From Candidatus Firestoneibacteriota bacterium (lineage in GTDB: Bacteria; Oederibacteriota; Muellerivitia; Muellerivitales; Muellerivitaceae): 64,000 bases of DNA. The DNA lies in the NCBI GenBank assembly GCA_013286205.1, contig JABDGD010000006.1:13944-77943 (forward strand). Reading direction: 5' to 3'. Numbering within the stretch: the stretch's first letter is position 1; each line of letters opens with the position of its first letter. The notes under the pieces were generated by a model. That model was not told the DNA's origin and ran no database searches. It saw nothing but the letters and a program-made list of their open reading frames with translations. The translations under genes and the position numbers were made by a program. Positions 63,183 through 64,000 of this stretch are shown here, piece by piece.

Positions 63183-64000
63183 ATGTTAGAAAATCCCAAT
63201 AAAACTTATGTCATTGCTAAAGGCTGGCGGATAGCCGCTGTGGCAGTTTGGTTTGTTTACGGCGGTCTTGGTGCCTTTCTGATGTGGAAGGTGAATCAGA
63301 ATGCTGACGCGGATATGGCGAGCCAGGTGATTGGTTATTTAATGGGGTCTACCCTTGTAATTTTCTTTACGGGCCTGCTCATTAACGCGTTTTTTTACCG
63401 GTTCGAGATTGGGGACGGCAGTATTCGCAGCGTCGATTTTTGGAGAACCAGAGAAATGAGACTGGCCGACATAAAGGGCTATCAATACTCGCCCAAACGC
63501 AACGGCACACTGATCTTTCTTTCTGAAAGCCAGAAAATACAAGTGATGATGTTTTTCGAAAACCCCAAAGATTTTCAACAATGGCTGGAAGCCAACCTTA
63601 AGAATTTATCTATCTCACCTTCCCATCAAGACATGGCCGCCGCGTTGAGCGATGAAAGATTGGGCACTAGCGAGGAAGCACGCAGGGCGCAGATTGATCG
63701 GGCGAGAAAATGGAAAAAATTGAGCTGGGTGGTAGCGCCGTTTCTTGTCTGGGGCATGTTTTATCCGCATCCCTATGACGCGGTCATTTGGGTCGCGGTT
63801 TTGGCTCCAGTGGCAGCGAGCGGATTGTTAATTCTGTTTCCGGCTTTGGTTCGGTTTGACGCGCCGGCAAACAGTGTTTATATACCGGTCTCTCCGTTAG
63901 TCGTCATGCCTGGCTTAATTTTGGGAATGAGAGCGCTGCTGGATTGGAATGTTTTTGACTGGCATCACTTTTGGATACCCTTCGCGGCTTTTACCGTATG
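63183..64000 (+). CDS. Hypothetical polytopic membrane protein, 3' end beyond the window
   Basis: ATG 63183 opens a frame that stays open to position 64000 (272 codons). It is not in the ORF track because no stop is reached. Hand translation begins MLENPNKTYVIAKGWRIAAVAVWFVYGGLGAFLMW... and contains several hydrophobic helices. Confidence 0.6.
   Translation, partial: MLENPNKTYVIAKGWRIAAVAVWFVYGGLGAFLMWKVNQNADADMASQVIGYLMGSTLVIFFTGLLINAFFYRFEIGDGSIRSVDFWRTREMRLADIKGYQYSPKRNGTLIFLSESQKIQVMMFFENPKDFQQWLEANLKNLSISPSHQDMAAALSDERLGTSEEARRAQIDRARKWKKLSWVVAPFLVWGMFYPHPYDAVIWVAVLAPVAASGLLILFPALVRFDAPANSVYIPVSPLVVMPGLILGMRALLDWNVFDWHHFWIPFAAFTV

Noticed and set aside
1-64000. Scan for CRISPR arrays, IS elements, integrases, phage genes, rRNA and additional tRNAs
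   Set aside because: I saw no regularly spaced direct repeats, no transposase/integrase/recombinase-like translation in the ORF track and no rRNA-like segments. The only cloverleaf I could fold is tRNA-Val at 3576-3652. This visual scan cannot exclude short or degenerate elements.

Overview
This is a 64-kb, gene-dense chromosomal window. The organism looks like a diderm, rod-shaped bacterium, judging from the secretin, the TonB-dependent receptor and mreBCD-mrdA-rodA; I cannot assign a taxon from sequence alone. All family calls come from motif recognition by eye on the supplied translations. No searches were run.

Most of the window is plus-strand housekeeping:
- dTDP-rhamnose genes rmlBAC, then ppa and tRNA-Val(GAC)
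- thrS-infC-rpmI-rplT, a TrmH-family methyltransferase and pheS
- mreB-mreC-mreD-mrdA-rodA
- an aspartate-family amino-acid block: PfkB kinase, two aminotransferases, hom-thrC-lysC-cimA-murI
- TlpA, fur, greA, DsbA, miaE, yihY and moeB

Three regions stand out:
1. An AT-rich, minus-strand Tad/Flp pilus island at about 9.3-18.4 kb. It has a fused TadZ(CpaE)-TadA(CpaF) ATPase, two tandem Flp pilins (one missing from the ORF track) and a short secretin. No TadB/TadC platform or prepilin peptidase is present in the window.
2. A clear SAM-I riboswitch at 38.85-38.97 kb. It sits in front of a second ThrC paralog and a CysO/MoaD-type sulfur carrier. These are followed by translationally coupled NIL-domain, degenerate E1-like and CysK/CysM-like genes. 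I read this as a protein-thiocarboxylate route to homocysteine/methionine, with no JAMM hydrolase in sight.
3. A signalling cluster at 53-62 kb: TonB-dependent receptor, YfiR-like (DUF4154) protein, CHASE8 kinase, stand-alone receiver, REC-PAS-kinase-REC hybrid, another receiver and a CHASE3 kinase. No output domain is encoded. An unusually AT-rich, low-density patch at 50.2-53.0 kb (PilZ, XRE, HEAT-like genes) precedes it.

I saw no rRNA, CRISPR array, transposase/integrase or phage genes.
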